64,000 nt of DNA from the human T2T-CHM13v2.0 reference genome, Homo sapiens: assembly GCF_009914755.1 (NCBI RefSeq), contig NC_060933.1; one strand, 5' to 3'. Position numbers and translations under genes: made by a program. The notes under the pieces are model-generated. The model did no database searches, was not told where the DNA came from, and saw nothing but the letters and a program-made list of their open reading frames with translations. Of this stretch, positions 14,050 through 26,900 are shown piece after piece (the stretch's first letter is position 1; the number at the start of each line of letters is the position of its first letter).

Positions 14050-17000
14050 TGCACTCGGGTTGATTCCATTCCATTCCATTCCATTCCGGATGATTCCATT
14101 CCATTGCATTTCGTTCCATTACATTCCCCTGCACTCGCGTTGATTCCATTCCATTCCATTCAATTCCATTCCATTACAATTCGTTCCATTCCATTCTATT
14201 CCGTACCATTCCATTCCATTCCATACCATTCCATTCCATTCCCTTCCATTCCATTCCGTTCCATTCCGTTCCATTGCATTCCATTCCATTCTATTCGGGT
14301 TAATTCCATTCCATTCCATTCCATTCCATTCTATTCCATGCCATTGCAATCGAGTTGAATCCATTGCATTTCATTCCATTCCATTCCATTCCATTCCATT
14401 CCGGAAGATTCCATTCCATTGCATTCCATTCCATTCCATTCCCCTGCACTCGCGTTGATTCCATTCCATTCCATTCCATTCCATTCCGTTCCGTTCAGTT
14501 CCGTTCCATTCCATTCGATTCCATTCCGTTCCGTTCCATTCCATTCCATTCCATTCCATTCTATTTGGGTTAATTCCATTCCATTCCATTCGATTGCAAT
14601 CGAGTTGATTCCATTCCGTTCCATTCCATTCCTTTCCATTCCATTACGGATGATTCCATTCCATTGCATTCCATTCCATTCCATTCCCCTGTACTCGGGT
14701 TGATTCCATTCCATTCCATTCCAATCCATGCCATTCCACTCGTGTTGATTCCATTCTTTCCATTCCATTCAAGTTGAATCCATTCCATTGCATTCCATTC
14801 CATTCGATTCCATTCGATTGCACTCGGGTTGATTCCATTCCATTGCATTCCATTCCATTCCATTTCATTCCATTCCATTCCATTCCGTTCCATTCCATTC
14901 CATTACATTCGGATTGATTCTATTCAATTCCCTTACACTCCATTACATTCCATTCCATTCGGGTAGTTTCCCTTCCATTCCATTCCATTCTTCTCCATTC
15001 CATTGCACTCGGGTTGATTCCATTCCATTGCATTCCATTCCATTCCATTCAATTCCATTCCGTTCCATTCCATTCCATTACATTCGGATTGATTCTATTC
15101 AACTCCCGTACTCTCCATTACATTCGATTCCATTCGGGTTGTTCCATTCCATTCCATTCCATTCCACTCCATTCCATTGCACTCGGGTTGATTCCATTCC
15201 ATTCCATTCCATTCCGGAAGATTCCATTCCATTGCATTCCATTACATTCCATTCCCCTGCACTCGCGTTGATTCCATTCCATTCCATTCCATTCCATTCC
15301 ATTCCATTCCGTTCCGTTCCATTCCATTCCATTCCATTCCATTCCATTCCGTTCCGTTCCATTCCGTTCCATTCCATTCCATTCCATTCTATTCGGGTTA
15401 ATTCCATTCCATTCCATTCCATTGAAATCGAGTTGATTCCTTTCCATTCTATTCCATTCCATTCCATTCCATTCCATTCCTTTCCATTCCATTACGGATG
15501 ATTCCATTCCATTGCATTCCATTCCATTCCATTCCCCTGTACTCGGGTTGATTCCATTCCATTCCATTGCAATCCATGCTATTCCACTCGTGTTGATTCC
15601 ATTCTTTCCATTCCATTCAAGTTGAATCCATTCCATTGCATTCCATTCCATTCCATTCCCCTTCAGTCGGGGTGATTCCATTCCATTCCATTCCATTCCA
15701 TTCCATTCCATTCCTTTCCTTTCCATTTAATTCCATTCCATTCTATTCGGGTTAATTCCATGCCATTGCATTCCATTCCATTCCATTCCATTCCATTCCA
15801 TTCCAATCGAGTTGATTCCATTCCATTCCATTCCATTCCATTCCACTCCATTCCAGTCCTTTCCATTCCATTCCACTCGGGTTGATTCCAATGTATTCCT
15901 TTCCATTCCATTCCATTCCATTGCAATCGAGTTGATTCCATTGCTTTGCATTCCATTCCATTCCATTCCGGATGATGCCATTCCATTGCATTCCATTCCA
16001 TTCCATTCCCCTGCACTCGGGTTGATTCCATTCCATTCCACTCCATTCCGTTCCATTCCATTCCATTCCGTTGTATTCGGGTTAATTCCATTCCATTCCA
16101 CTCAATTCCATTCCATTCCAATCCATTACAATCGAGTTAATTCCATTCCATTCCATTCCATTCCATTCCATTCCATTCCAGTCATTTCCATTCCATTCCA
16201 CTCGGGTTGATTCCATTCTATTAGTTTCCATTCCATTCCATTCCCTTCCATTCCACTCTGGTTGATTCCATTCCTTTCCATTCCACTCGAATACGTTCCC
16301 TCCTATTCCACTCTGAACGAATCCATTCTATTCCATTCCATTCCATTCCATTTCGTTCCATTCCTTTCTATTCCGTACCATTCCATTCCATTCCATTCCT
16401 TTCCATTCCATTCCATTCCACTCGTGTTGATTCCATTCCTTTCCATTCCATTCGGTTTGAAGGCATTCCAATCCATTCCATTCCATTCCATTCCATTCCA
16501 TTCCATTCCATTCCATTCCATTGTACTCGGGTTGATTCCATTCCATTGCATTCCATTCCATTCCATTCCATTCCATTCCGTTGCATTCCATTCCATTACA
16601 TTCGGATTGATTCTATTCAACTCCCTTACTCTCCATTCCATTCCATTCCATTCGGGTTGTTCCATTCCATTCCATTCCATTCCACTCCATTCCATTGCAC
16701 TCGGGTTGATTCCATTCCATTCCATTCCATTCCATTCCGGATGATTCCATTCCATTGCATTCCGTTCCATTACATTCCCCTGCACTCGCGTTGATTCCAT
16801 TCCATTCCATTCCATTCCATTCAATTCCATTCCATTACAATTCGTTCCATTCCATTCTATTCCGTGCTATTCCATTCCATTCCATACCATTCCATTCCAT
16901 TCCATTCCATTCCATTCCATTCCATTCCATTCCATTCCGTTCCATTCCGTTCCATTCCATTCCATTCCATTCTATTCGGGTTAATTCCATTCCATTCCAT

Positions 17001-19450
17001 TCCATTCCATTCTATTCCATTCCATTGCAATCGAGTTGAATCCATTGCATTTCATTCCATTCCATTCCATTCCATTCCGGAAGATTCCATTCCATTGCAT
17101 TCCATTCCATTCCATTCCCCTACACTCGCGTTGATTCCATTCCATTCCATTCCATTCCATTCTGTTCCGTTCCGTTCCGTTCCATTCCATTCCATTCCAT
17201 TCCATTCAATTCCGTTCCGTTCCATTCCATTCCATTCCATTCTATTTGGGTTAATTCCATTCCATTCCATTCGATTGCAATCGAGTTGATTCCATTCCAT
17301 TCCATTCCATTCCATTCCTTTCCATTCCATTACGGATGATTCCATTCCATTGCATTCCATTCCATTCCATTCCCCTGTACTCGGGTTGATTCCATTCCAT
17401 TCCATTCCAATCCATGCCATTCCACTCGTGTTGATTCCATTCTTTCCATTCCATTCAAGTTGAATCCATTCCATTGCATTGCATTCCATTCGATTCCATT
17501 CAATTGCACTCTTGTTGATTCCATTCCATTCCATTCCATTCCATTCCATTCCATTCCATTCCGTTCCATTCCATTCCATTACATTCAGATTGATTCTATT
17601 CAATTCCCTTACACTCCATTACATTCCATTCCATTCGGGTAGTTTCCATTCCATTCCATTCCATTCCTCTCCATTCCATTGCACTCGGGTTGATTCCATT
17701 CCATTGCATTCCATTCCATTCCATTCAATTCCATTCCGTTCCATTCCATTCCATTACATTCGGAATGATTCTATTCAACTCCCTTACTCTCCATTACATT
17801 CCATTCCATTCGGGTTGTTCCATTCCATTCCATTCCATTCCACTCCATTCCATTGCACTCGGGTTGATTCCATTCCATTCCATTCCATTCCATTTCGGAA
17901 GATTCCATTCCATTGCATTCCATTACATTCCATTCCCCTGCACTCGCGTTGATTCCATTCCATTCCATTCCATTCCATTCCGTTCCTTTCCGTTCCATTC
18001 CATTCCATTCCATTCCATTCCATTCCGTTCCGTTCTTTTCCGTTCCATTCCATTCTATTCCATTCTATTCGGGTTAATTCCATTCTATTCCATTTGATTG
18101 CAATCGAGTTGATTCCCTTCCATTCTATTCCATTCCATTCCATTCCATTCCATTCCTTTCCATTCCATTACGGATGATTCCATTCCATTGCATTCCATTC
18201 CATTCCATTCCCCTGTACTCGGGTTCATTCCATTCCATTCCATTCCAATCCATGCCATTCCACTCGTGTTGATTCCATTCTTTCCATTCCATTCAAGTTG
18301 AATCCATTCCATTGCATTCCATTCCATTCCATTCCCCTGCAGTAGGGTTGATTCCATTCCATTCCATTCCATTCCATTCCATTCCATTCCATTCCATTGC
18401 ATTTCATTCCTTTCCGTTCCATTTAATTCCATTCCATTCTATTCGGGTTAATTCCATTCCATTCCATTCCATTCCATTCCATTCCATGCCATTCCAATCG
18501 AGTTGATTCCATTCCATTCCATTCCATTCCATTCCAGTCCTTTCCATTCCATTCCACTCGGGTTGATTCCAATGAATTCCTTTCCATTCCATTCCATTCC
18601 ATTGCAATCGAGTTGATTCCATTGCTTTGCATTCCATTCCATTCCATTCCATTCCGGATGATTCCATTCCATTGCATTTCATTCCATTCCATTCCATTCC
18701 CCTGCACTCGGGTTGATTCCATTCCATTCCACTCCATTCCGTTCCAATCCATTCCCTTCCATTGTATTTGGGTTAATTCCATTCCATTCCATTCCATTCC
18801 ATTCCATTCCATTCCATTCCATTGCATTACAATCGAGTTGATTGCATTCCATTCCATTGCATTCCATTCCATTCCATTCCATTCCAGTCCTTTCCATTCC
18901 ATTCCACTCGGGTTGATTCCATTCTATTAGTTTCCATTCCATTCCATTCCCTTCCATTCCACTCTGGTTGATTCCATTCCTTTCCAATCCACTCGAATAC
19001 ATTCCCTCCTATTCCACTCGGAACGATTCCATTCCATTCCATTCCATTCCATTCCATTCTATTCCATTCCATTTCTTTCCATTCCATTCTATTCCATACC
19101 ATTCCATTCCATTCGATTGCATTCCATTACATTCCTTCCCATTCCATTCTTGTTGATTCCATTCCTTTCCATTCCATTCGGTTTGAAGCCATTCCATTCC
19201 ATTCCATTCCATTCCATTCCATTCCATTCCATTCCATTCCATTGTACTCGGGTTGATTCCATTCAATTGCATTCCATTCCATTCCATTCCATTCCGTTCC
19301 ATTCCATTCCATTACATTCGGATTGATTCTATTCAACTCCCTTACTCTCCATTACATTCCATTCCATTCTGGTTGTTCCATTCCATTCCATTCCATTCCA
19401 CTACATTCCATTGCACTCGGGTTGATTCCATTCCATTCCATTCCATTCCA
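14050..19450 (-). repeat. Diverged ~2.7 kb tandem pair (probable ancestral higher-order unit)
   Basis: Shared variants CTATTTGGGTTAATT at ~14561 and ~17242, and CCATTTAATTCC at ~15723 and ~18419. The TCCCTCCTATTCC marker block occurs at ~16290 and ~18996. Confidence 0.75.
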
Positions 19451-21035
19451 TTCCATTCCATTCCGCATGATTCCATTCCATTACCTTCTGTTCCATTACA
19501 TTTCCCTGCACTCGCTTTGATTCCATTCCATTCCATTCCATTCCCCACCATTCCATTCCATTCCATTCCATTCCATTCCATTCCATTCCATTCCATTCCA
19601 TTCCGTTCCGTTCCGTTCCATTCCGTTCCATTCCATTCCATTCTATTCGGGTTAATTCCATTCCATTCCATTCCATTCCATTCTATTCCATTCCATAGCA
19701 ATCGAGTTGAATCCATTGCATTCCATTCCATTGAATTCCATTCCGGAAGATTCCATTCCATTGCATTCCATTACATTCCATTCCCCTGCACTCGTTTTGA
19801 TTCCATTCCATTCCATTCCATTCGGATTCATTCTATTCAATTCCCTTACACTCCATTACATTCCATTCGATTCGTGTAGTTTCCATTCCATTCCATTCCA
19901 TTCCTCTCCATTCCATTGCACTCGGGTTGATTCCATTCCATTCCATTCCATTCCGGGTGATTCCATTCCATTGAATTCCATTCCATTCCATTCCCCTGCA
20001 CTTGGGTTGATTCCATTCCATTCCATTCCATTCCTTTCTGTTCCATTCAATTCCATTCCATTCCATTCTATTCGTGTTAATTCCATTCCATTGTATTCCA
20101 TTCCATTCCATTGAAATCGAGTTGATTCCATTCCATTTCATTCCATTCCATTCCATTCCATTCCGTTCCATTCAGGATGATTCCTTTCCATTGTATTCCA
20201 TTCCTTTCCATTCCCCTGCACTCGGGTTGATTCCATTCCATTCCATTACATTACATTCCATTCCATTCCGATCCATTTCATTCTATTCGGGTTAATTCCA
20301 TTCCATTCCATTCCACTCCATTCCAGTCCTTTCCATTCCATTCCACTCGGGATGATTCCATTCTATTCCTTTCAATTCCATTCCATTCCATTGCAATCCA
20401 GTTGATTCCATTCGAGTTGAATCCATTCCATTCCATTCCATTGCACACGGGTTCATTCCATTCCATTCCATTCCATTCCATTCCATTCCATTCCATTTCA
20501 TTCCATTCCATTCTATTCCGTACCATTCCATTCCATCCCATTCCATTCCGTTCCATTCCATACAATTACACTCGGGTTGATTCCATTCCTTTCCATTCAA
20601 TTCTTGTTGAATCCATTCCATTCCATTCCATTCCATTCCTTTCCGGAAGATTCCATTCCATTGCATTCCATTACATTCCATTCCCCTGCACTGGCGTTGA
20701 TTCCATTCCATTCCATTCAATTCCATTCCATTACAATTCGTTCCATTCCATTCTATTCCGTACCATTCCATTCCATTCCATACCATTCCATTCCATTCCA
20801 TTCCATTCCATTCCGTTCCATTCCGTTCCATTCCATTCCATTCCATTCTATTCGGGTTAATCCCATTCCATTCCATTCCATAGCATTCTATTCCATTCCA
20901 TTGCAATCGAGTTGAATCCATTGCATTTCATTCCATTCCATTCCATTGCATTCCATTCCGGAAGATTCCATTCCATTGCATTCCATTACATTCCAATCCC
21001 CTGCACTCGCGTTGATTCCATTCCATTCCATTCCA

Positions 21036-21164
21036 TTCCGTTCCGTTCCGTTCCGTTCCGTTCCGTTCCATTCCATTCCATTCCGTTCCGTTCCGTTCCG
21101 TTCCGTTCCGTTCCATTCCATTCCATTCCATTCCATTCCGTTCCGTTCCGTTCCGTTCCGTTCC
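21036..21164 (-). repeat. CpG-rich (CCGTT)n variant-pentamer expansion, three runs of 6, 6 and 5 units
   Basis: G at 21040-21065, 21085-21110 and 21140-21160 at 5-bp spacing, giving 17 CpGs in ~125 bp. Confidence 0.9.
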
Positions 21165-21209
21165 ATTCCATTCCATTCCATTCTATTCGGGTTAATTCCA
21201 TTCCATTCC

Positions 21210-21227
21210 ACTCGATTGCAATCGAGT
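21210..21227. other. 18-bp perfect palindrome ACTCGATTGCAATCGAGT
   Basis: The sequence equals its own reverse complement. It is an extension of the recurring 14-bp palindrome TCGATTGCAATCGA (e.g. 1988-2001). Confidence 0.9.
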
Positions 21228-22810
21228 TGATTCCATTCCATTCCATTCCATTCCATTCCATTCCATTTCATTCCGGAAGATTCCATTCCATTGCATTCCA
21301 TTCCTTTCCATTCCCCTGCACTCACGTTGTTTCCATTCCATTCCATTCCATTCCGTTCCGTTCCGTTCCATTCCATTCCATTCCCTTCCATTCCGTTCCG
21401 TTCCGTTCCATTCCATTCCATTCCATTCTATTCGGGTTAATTCCATTCCATTCCATTCGATTGCAATCGTGTTGATTCCATTCCATTCCATTCCATTCCA
21501 TTCCATTCCATTCCTTTCCATTCCATTACGGATGATTCCATTCCATTGCATTCCATTCCATTCCATTCCCCTGTACTCGGGTTGATTCTATTCCATTGCA
21601 TTCCAATCCATGGCCTTCCAATTGTGTTGATTCCATTCTTTCCATTCCATTCAAGTTGAATCCATTCCATTGCATTCCATTCCATTCGATTCCATTCGAT
21701 TGCACTCGGGTTGATTCCATTCCATTGCATTCCATTCCATTCCATTCCATTCCGTTCCATTCCATTCCATTACATTCGGATTGATTCTATTCAATTCCCT
21801 TACTCTCCATTACATTCCATTCCATTCGGGTAGTTTCCATTCCATTCTATTCCATTCCTCTCCATTCCATTGCACTCGGGTTGATTCCATTCCATTGCAT
21901 TCCATTCCATTCCATTCCATTCCATTCCGTTCCATTCCATTCCATTACATTCGGATTGATTCTATTCAACTCCCTTACTCTCTATTACATTCCATTCCAT
22001 TCGGGCTGTTCCATTCCATTCCATTCCATTCCACTCCAATCCATTGCATTCGGGTTTATTCCATTCCATTCCATTCCATTCCATTCCATTCCATTCCATT
22101 CCATTCCATTCCGGAAGATTCCATTCCATTGCATTCCATTCCATTCCATTCCCCTGCACTCGCGTTGATTCCATTCGATTCCATTCCATTCCATTCCATT
22201 CCATTCCATTCCTTTCCGTTCCATTCCATTCCATTCCATTCCATTCCGTTCCGTTCCGTTCCACTCCATTCCATTCCATTCTATTCGGGTTAATTCCATT
22301 CCATTCCATTCGATTGCAATCGAGTTGATTCCATTCCATTCCATTCCATTCCATTCCATTCCTTTCCATTCCATTACGGATGATTCCATTCCATTGCATT
22401 CCATTCCATTCCATTCCCCTGTACTCGGGTTCATTCCATTCCATTCCATTCCAATCCATGCCATTCCACTCGTGTTGATTCCATTCTTTCCATTCCATTC
22501 AAGTTGAATCCATTCCATTGCATTCCATTCCATACCATTCCCCTGCAGTCGGGTTGATTCCATTCCATTCCATTCCATTCCATTCCATTCCATTCCATTC
22601 CGTTCCGTTCCGTTCCGTTCCATTCCATTCCATTCCATTCTATTCGGGTTAATTCCATTCCATTCCATTGCATTCCATTCCATTCCAATCGAGTTGATTC
22701 CATTCCATTCCATTCCATTCCATTCCATTCCATTCCATTCCACTCCATTCCAGTCCTTTCCATTGCATTCCACTAGGGTTGATTCCAATGTATTCCTTTC
22801 CATTCCATTC

Positions 22811-22915
22811 CATTCCATTGCAATCGAGTTGATTCCATTGCTTTGCATTCCATTCCATTCCATTCCATTTCAATCGAGTTGATTCCATTGCTTTGCATTC
22901 CATTCCATTCCATTC
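22811..22915 (-). repeat. 50-bp tandem duplication
   Basis: CAATCGAGTTGATTCCATTGCTTTGCATTCC at 22821 and 22871. Confidence 0.9.
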
Positions 22916-23989
22916 CATTCCGGATGATTCCATTCCATTGCATTCCATTCCATTCCATTCCCCTGCACTCGGGTTGATTCCATTCCATTAAACTCCATTA
23001 CGTTCCATTCCATTCCATTCCGTTGTATTCGGGTTAATTCCATTCCATTCCACTCCATTCCATTCCATTCCATTCCAATCGAGTTGATTCCATTCCATTC
23101 CATTCCATTCCATTCCATTCCATTCCAGTCCTTTCCATTCCATTCCACTCGGGTTGATTCCATTCTATTAGTTTCCATTCCATTCCATTCCCTTCCATTC
23201 CACTCTGGTTGATTCCATTCCTTTCCATTCCACTCGAATACATTCCCTCCTATTCCACTCGGAACGATTCCATTCCATTCCATTCCATTCCATTCCATTC
23301 CATTCCATTCCATTTCGTTCCATTCCATTCTATTCCGTATCATTCCATTCCATTCCATTCCATTCCATTCCATTCCATTCCATTCCACTCGTGTTGATTC
23401 CATTCCTTTCCATTCCATTCGGTTTGAAGACATTCCATTCCATTCCATTCCATTCCATTCCATTGTACACGGGTTGATTGCATTCCATTGCATTCCATTC
23501 CATTCAATTCCGTTGCATTCCATTCCATTACATTCGGATTGATTCTGTTCAACTCCCTTACTCTCCATTACATTCCATTCCATTCGGGTTGTTCCATTCC
23601 ATTCCATTCCATTCCACTCCATTCCATTGCACTCGGGTTGATTCCATTCTATTCCATTCCATTCCATTCCATTCCATTCCATTCCGGATGATTCCATTCC
23701 ATTGCATTCCGTTCCATTACATTCCCCTGCACTCGCGTTGATTCCATTCCATTCCATTCAATTCCATTCCATTACAATTCGTTACATTCCATTCTATTCC
23801 GTACCATTCCATTCCATTCCATACCATTCCATTCCATTCCATTCCATTCCATTCCGTTCCATTCCGTTCCATTGCATTCCATTCCATTGTATTCGGGTTA
23901 ATTCCATTCCATTCCATTCCATTCCATTCTATTCCATTCCATTGCAATCGAGTTGAGTCCATTGCATTCCATTCCATTCCATTCCATTC

Positions 23990-26900
23990 CATTCCATTCC
24001 ATTCCGGAAGATTCCATTCCATTGCATTCCATTCCATTCCATTCCCCTGCACTCGCGTTGATTCCATTCCATTCCATTCCGTTCCGTTCCATTCCATTCC
24101 ATTCCATTCCATTCCATTCCGTTCCTTTCCATTCCATTCCATTCCATTCTATTCGGGTTAATTCTATTCCATTCCATTCGATTGCAATCGAGTTGATTCC
24201 ATTCCATTCCATTCCATTCCATTCGATTCCATTCGATTGCACTCGGGTTGATTCCTTTCCATTGCATTCCATTCCATTCCATTCCATTCCATTCCATTCC
24301 ATTCCGTTCCATTCCTTTCCATTATATTCGGATTGATTCTATTCAATTCCCTTACACTCCATTACATTCCATTCCATTCGGGTAGTTTCCATTCCATTCC
24401 ATTCCATTCCTCTCCATTCCATTGCACTCGGGTTGATTCCATTCCATTGCATTCCATTCCATTCCATTCAATTACATTCCGTTCCATTCCATTCCATTAC
24501 ATTCGGATTGATTCTATTCAACTCCCTTACTCTCCATTACATTCCATTCCATTCGGGTTGTTCCATTCCATTCCATTCTATTCCACTCCATTCCATTGCA
24601 CTCGGGTTTATTCCATTCCATTCCATTCCATTCCATTCCATTCCATTCCATTCCGGAACATTCCATTCCATTGTATTCCATTCCATTCCATTCCCCTGCA
24701 CTCGCGTTCATTCCATTCCATTCCATTCCATTCCATTCCATTCCATTCCTTTCCGTTCCATTCCATTCCATTCCATTCCATTCCATTCCGTTCCGTTCCG
24801 TTCCGTTCCGTTCCGTTGCATTCCATTCCATTCCATTCTATTCGGGTTAATTCCATTCCATTCCATTCGATTGCAATCGAGTTGATTCCATTCCATTCCA
24901 TTCCATTCCATTCCATTCCATTCCATTCCATTCCTTTCCATTCCATTACGGATGATTCCATTCCATTGCATTCCATTCCATTCCATTCCCCTGTACTCGG
25001 GTTGATTCCATTCCATTCCATTCCAATCCATGCCATTCCACTCGTGTTGATTCCATTCTTTCCATTCCATTCAAGTTGAATCCATTCCATTGCATTCCAT
25101 TCCATTCCATTCCCCTGCAGTCGGGTTGATTCCATTCCATTCCATTCCATTCCATTCCATTCCATTCCATTCCGTTCCTTTCCGTTCCATTCCATTCCAT
25201 TCCACTCTATTCGGGTTATTTCCATTCCATTCCATTCCATTCCATTCCATTCCAATCGAGTTGATTCCATTCCATTCCATTCCACTCCATTCCAGTCCTT
25301 TCCATTCCATTCCACTCGGGTTGATTCCAATGTATTCCTTTCCATTCCATTCCATTCCATTGCAATCGAGTTGATTCCATTGCTTTGCATTCCATTCCAT
25401 TCCATTCCATTCCGGATGATTCCATTCCATTGCATTCCATTCCATTCCATTCCCCTGCACTCGGGTTGATTCCATTCCATTCCACTCCATTCCGTTCCAT
25501 TCCATTCCACTCCATTGTATTCAGGTTAATTCCATTCCATTCCATTCCATTCCATTCCATTCCATTCCATTCCATTACAATCGAGTTGATTCCATTCCAT
25601 TCCATTCCATTCCATTCCATTCCAGTCCTTTTCATTCCATTCCACTCGGGTTGATTCCATTCTATTAGTTTCCATTCCATTCCATTCCCTTCCATTCCAC
25701 TCTGGTTGATTCCATTCCTTTCCATTCCACTCGAATACATTCCTTCCTATTCCACTCGGAACGATTCCATTCCATTCCATTCCATTCCATTCCATTCCAT
25801 TCCATTTCGTTCCATTCCATTCTATTCCGTATCATTCCATTCCATTCCATTCCATTCCATTCCATTCCATTCCATTCCACTCATTTTGATTCCACTCCTT
25901 TCCATTCCATTCGGTTTGAAGGCATTCCATTCCATTCCATTCCATTCCATTCCATTCCATTCCATTCCATTCCATTGTACTCGTGTTGATTCCATTCCAT
26001 TGCATTCCATTCCATTCCATTCCATTCCATTCCGTTGCATTCCATTCCATTACATTCAGATTGATTCTATTCAACTCCCTTACGCTCCATTACATTCCAT
26101 TCCATTCGGGTTGTTCCATTCCATTCCATTCCATTCCACTCCATTCCATTGCACTCGGGTTGTTTCCATTCCATTCCATTCCATTCCATTCCATTCCATT
26201 CCGGATGATTCCATTCCATTGCATTCCGTTCCATTACATTCCCCTGCACTCGCGTTGATTCCATTCCATTCCATTCAATTCCATTCCATTACAATTCGTT
26301 CCATTCCATTCTATTCCGTATCATTTCATTCCATTCCATACCATTCCATTCCATTCCATTCCATTCCATTCCATTCCGTTCCATTCCGTTCCATTGCATT
26401 CCATTCCATTCTATTCGGGTTAATTCCATTCCATTCCATTCTATTCCATTCCATTGCAATCGAGTTGAATCCATTGCATTTCATTCCATTCCATTCCATT
26501 CCATTCCATTCCATTCCGGAGGATTCCATTCCATTGCATTCCATTCCATTCCATTCCCCTGCACTCGCGTTGAATCCATTCCATTCCATTCCATTCCATT
26601 CCATTCCGTTCCGTTCCATTCCATTCTATTCGGGTTAATTCCATTCCATTCCATTCGATTGCAATAGAGTTGATTCCATTCCATTCCATTCCATTCCATT
26701 CCATTCCATTCCATTCCATTCCATTCCTTTCCATTCCATTACGGATGATTCCATTCCATTGCATTCCATTCCATTCCATTCCCCTGTACTCGGGTTGATT
26801 CCATTCCATTCCATTCCAATCCATGCCATTCCACTCGTGTTGATTCCATTCTTTCCATTCCATTCAAGTTGAATCCATTCCATTGCATTCAATTCCATTC

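Noticed and set aside
24232-24247. TTCGATTGCACTCGGG resembling a CENP-B box (TTCGnnnnAnnCGGG)
   Set aside because: There are eight bases between TTCG and CGGG instead of the required seven, and no alpha-satellite context.
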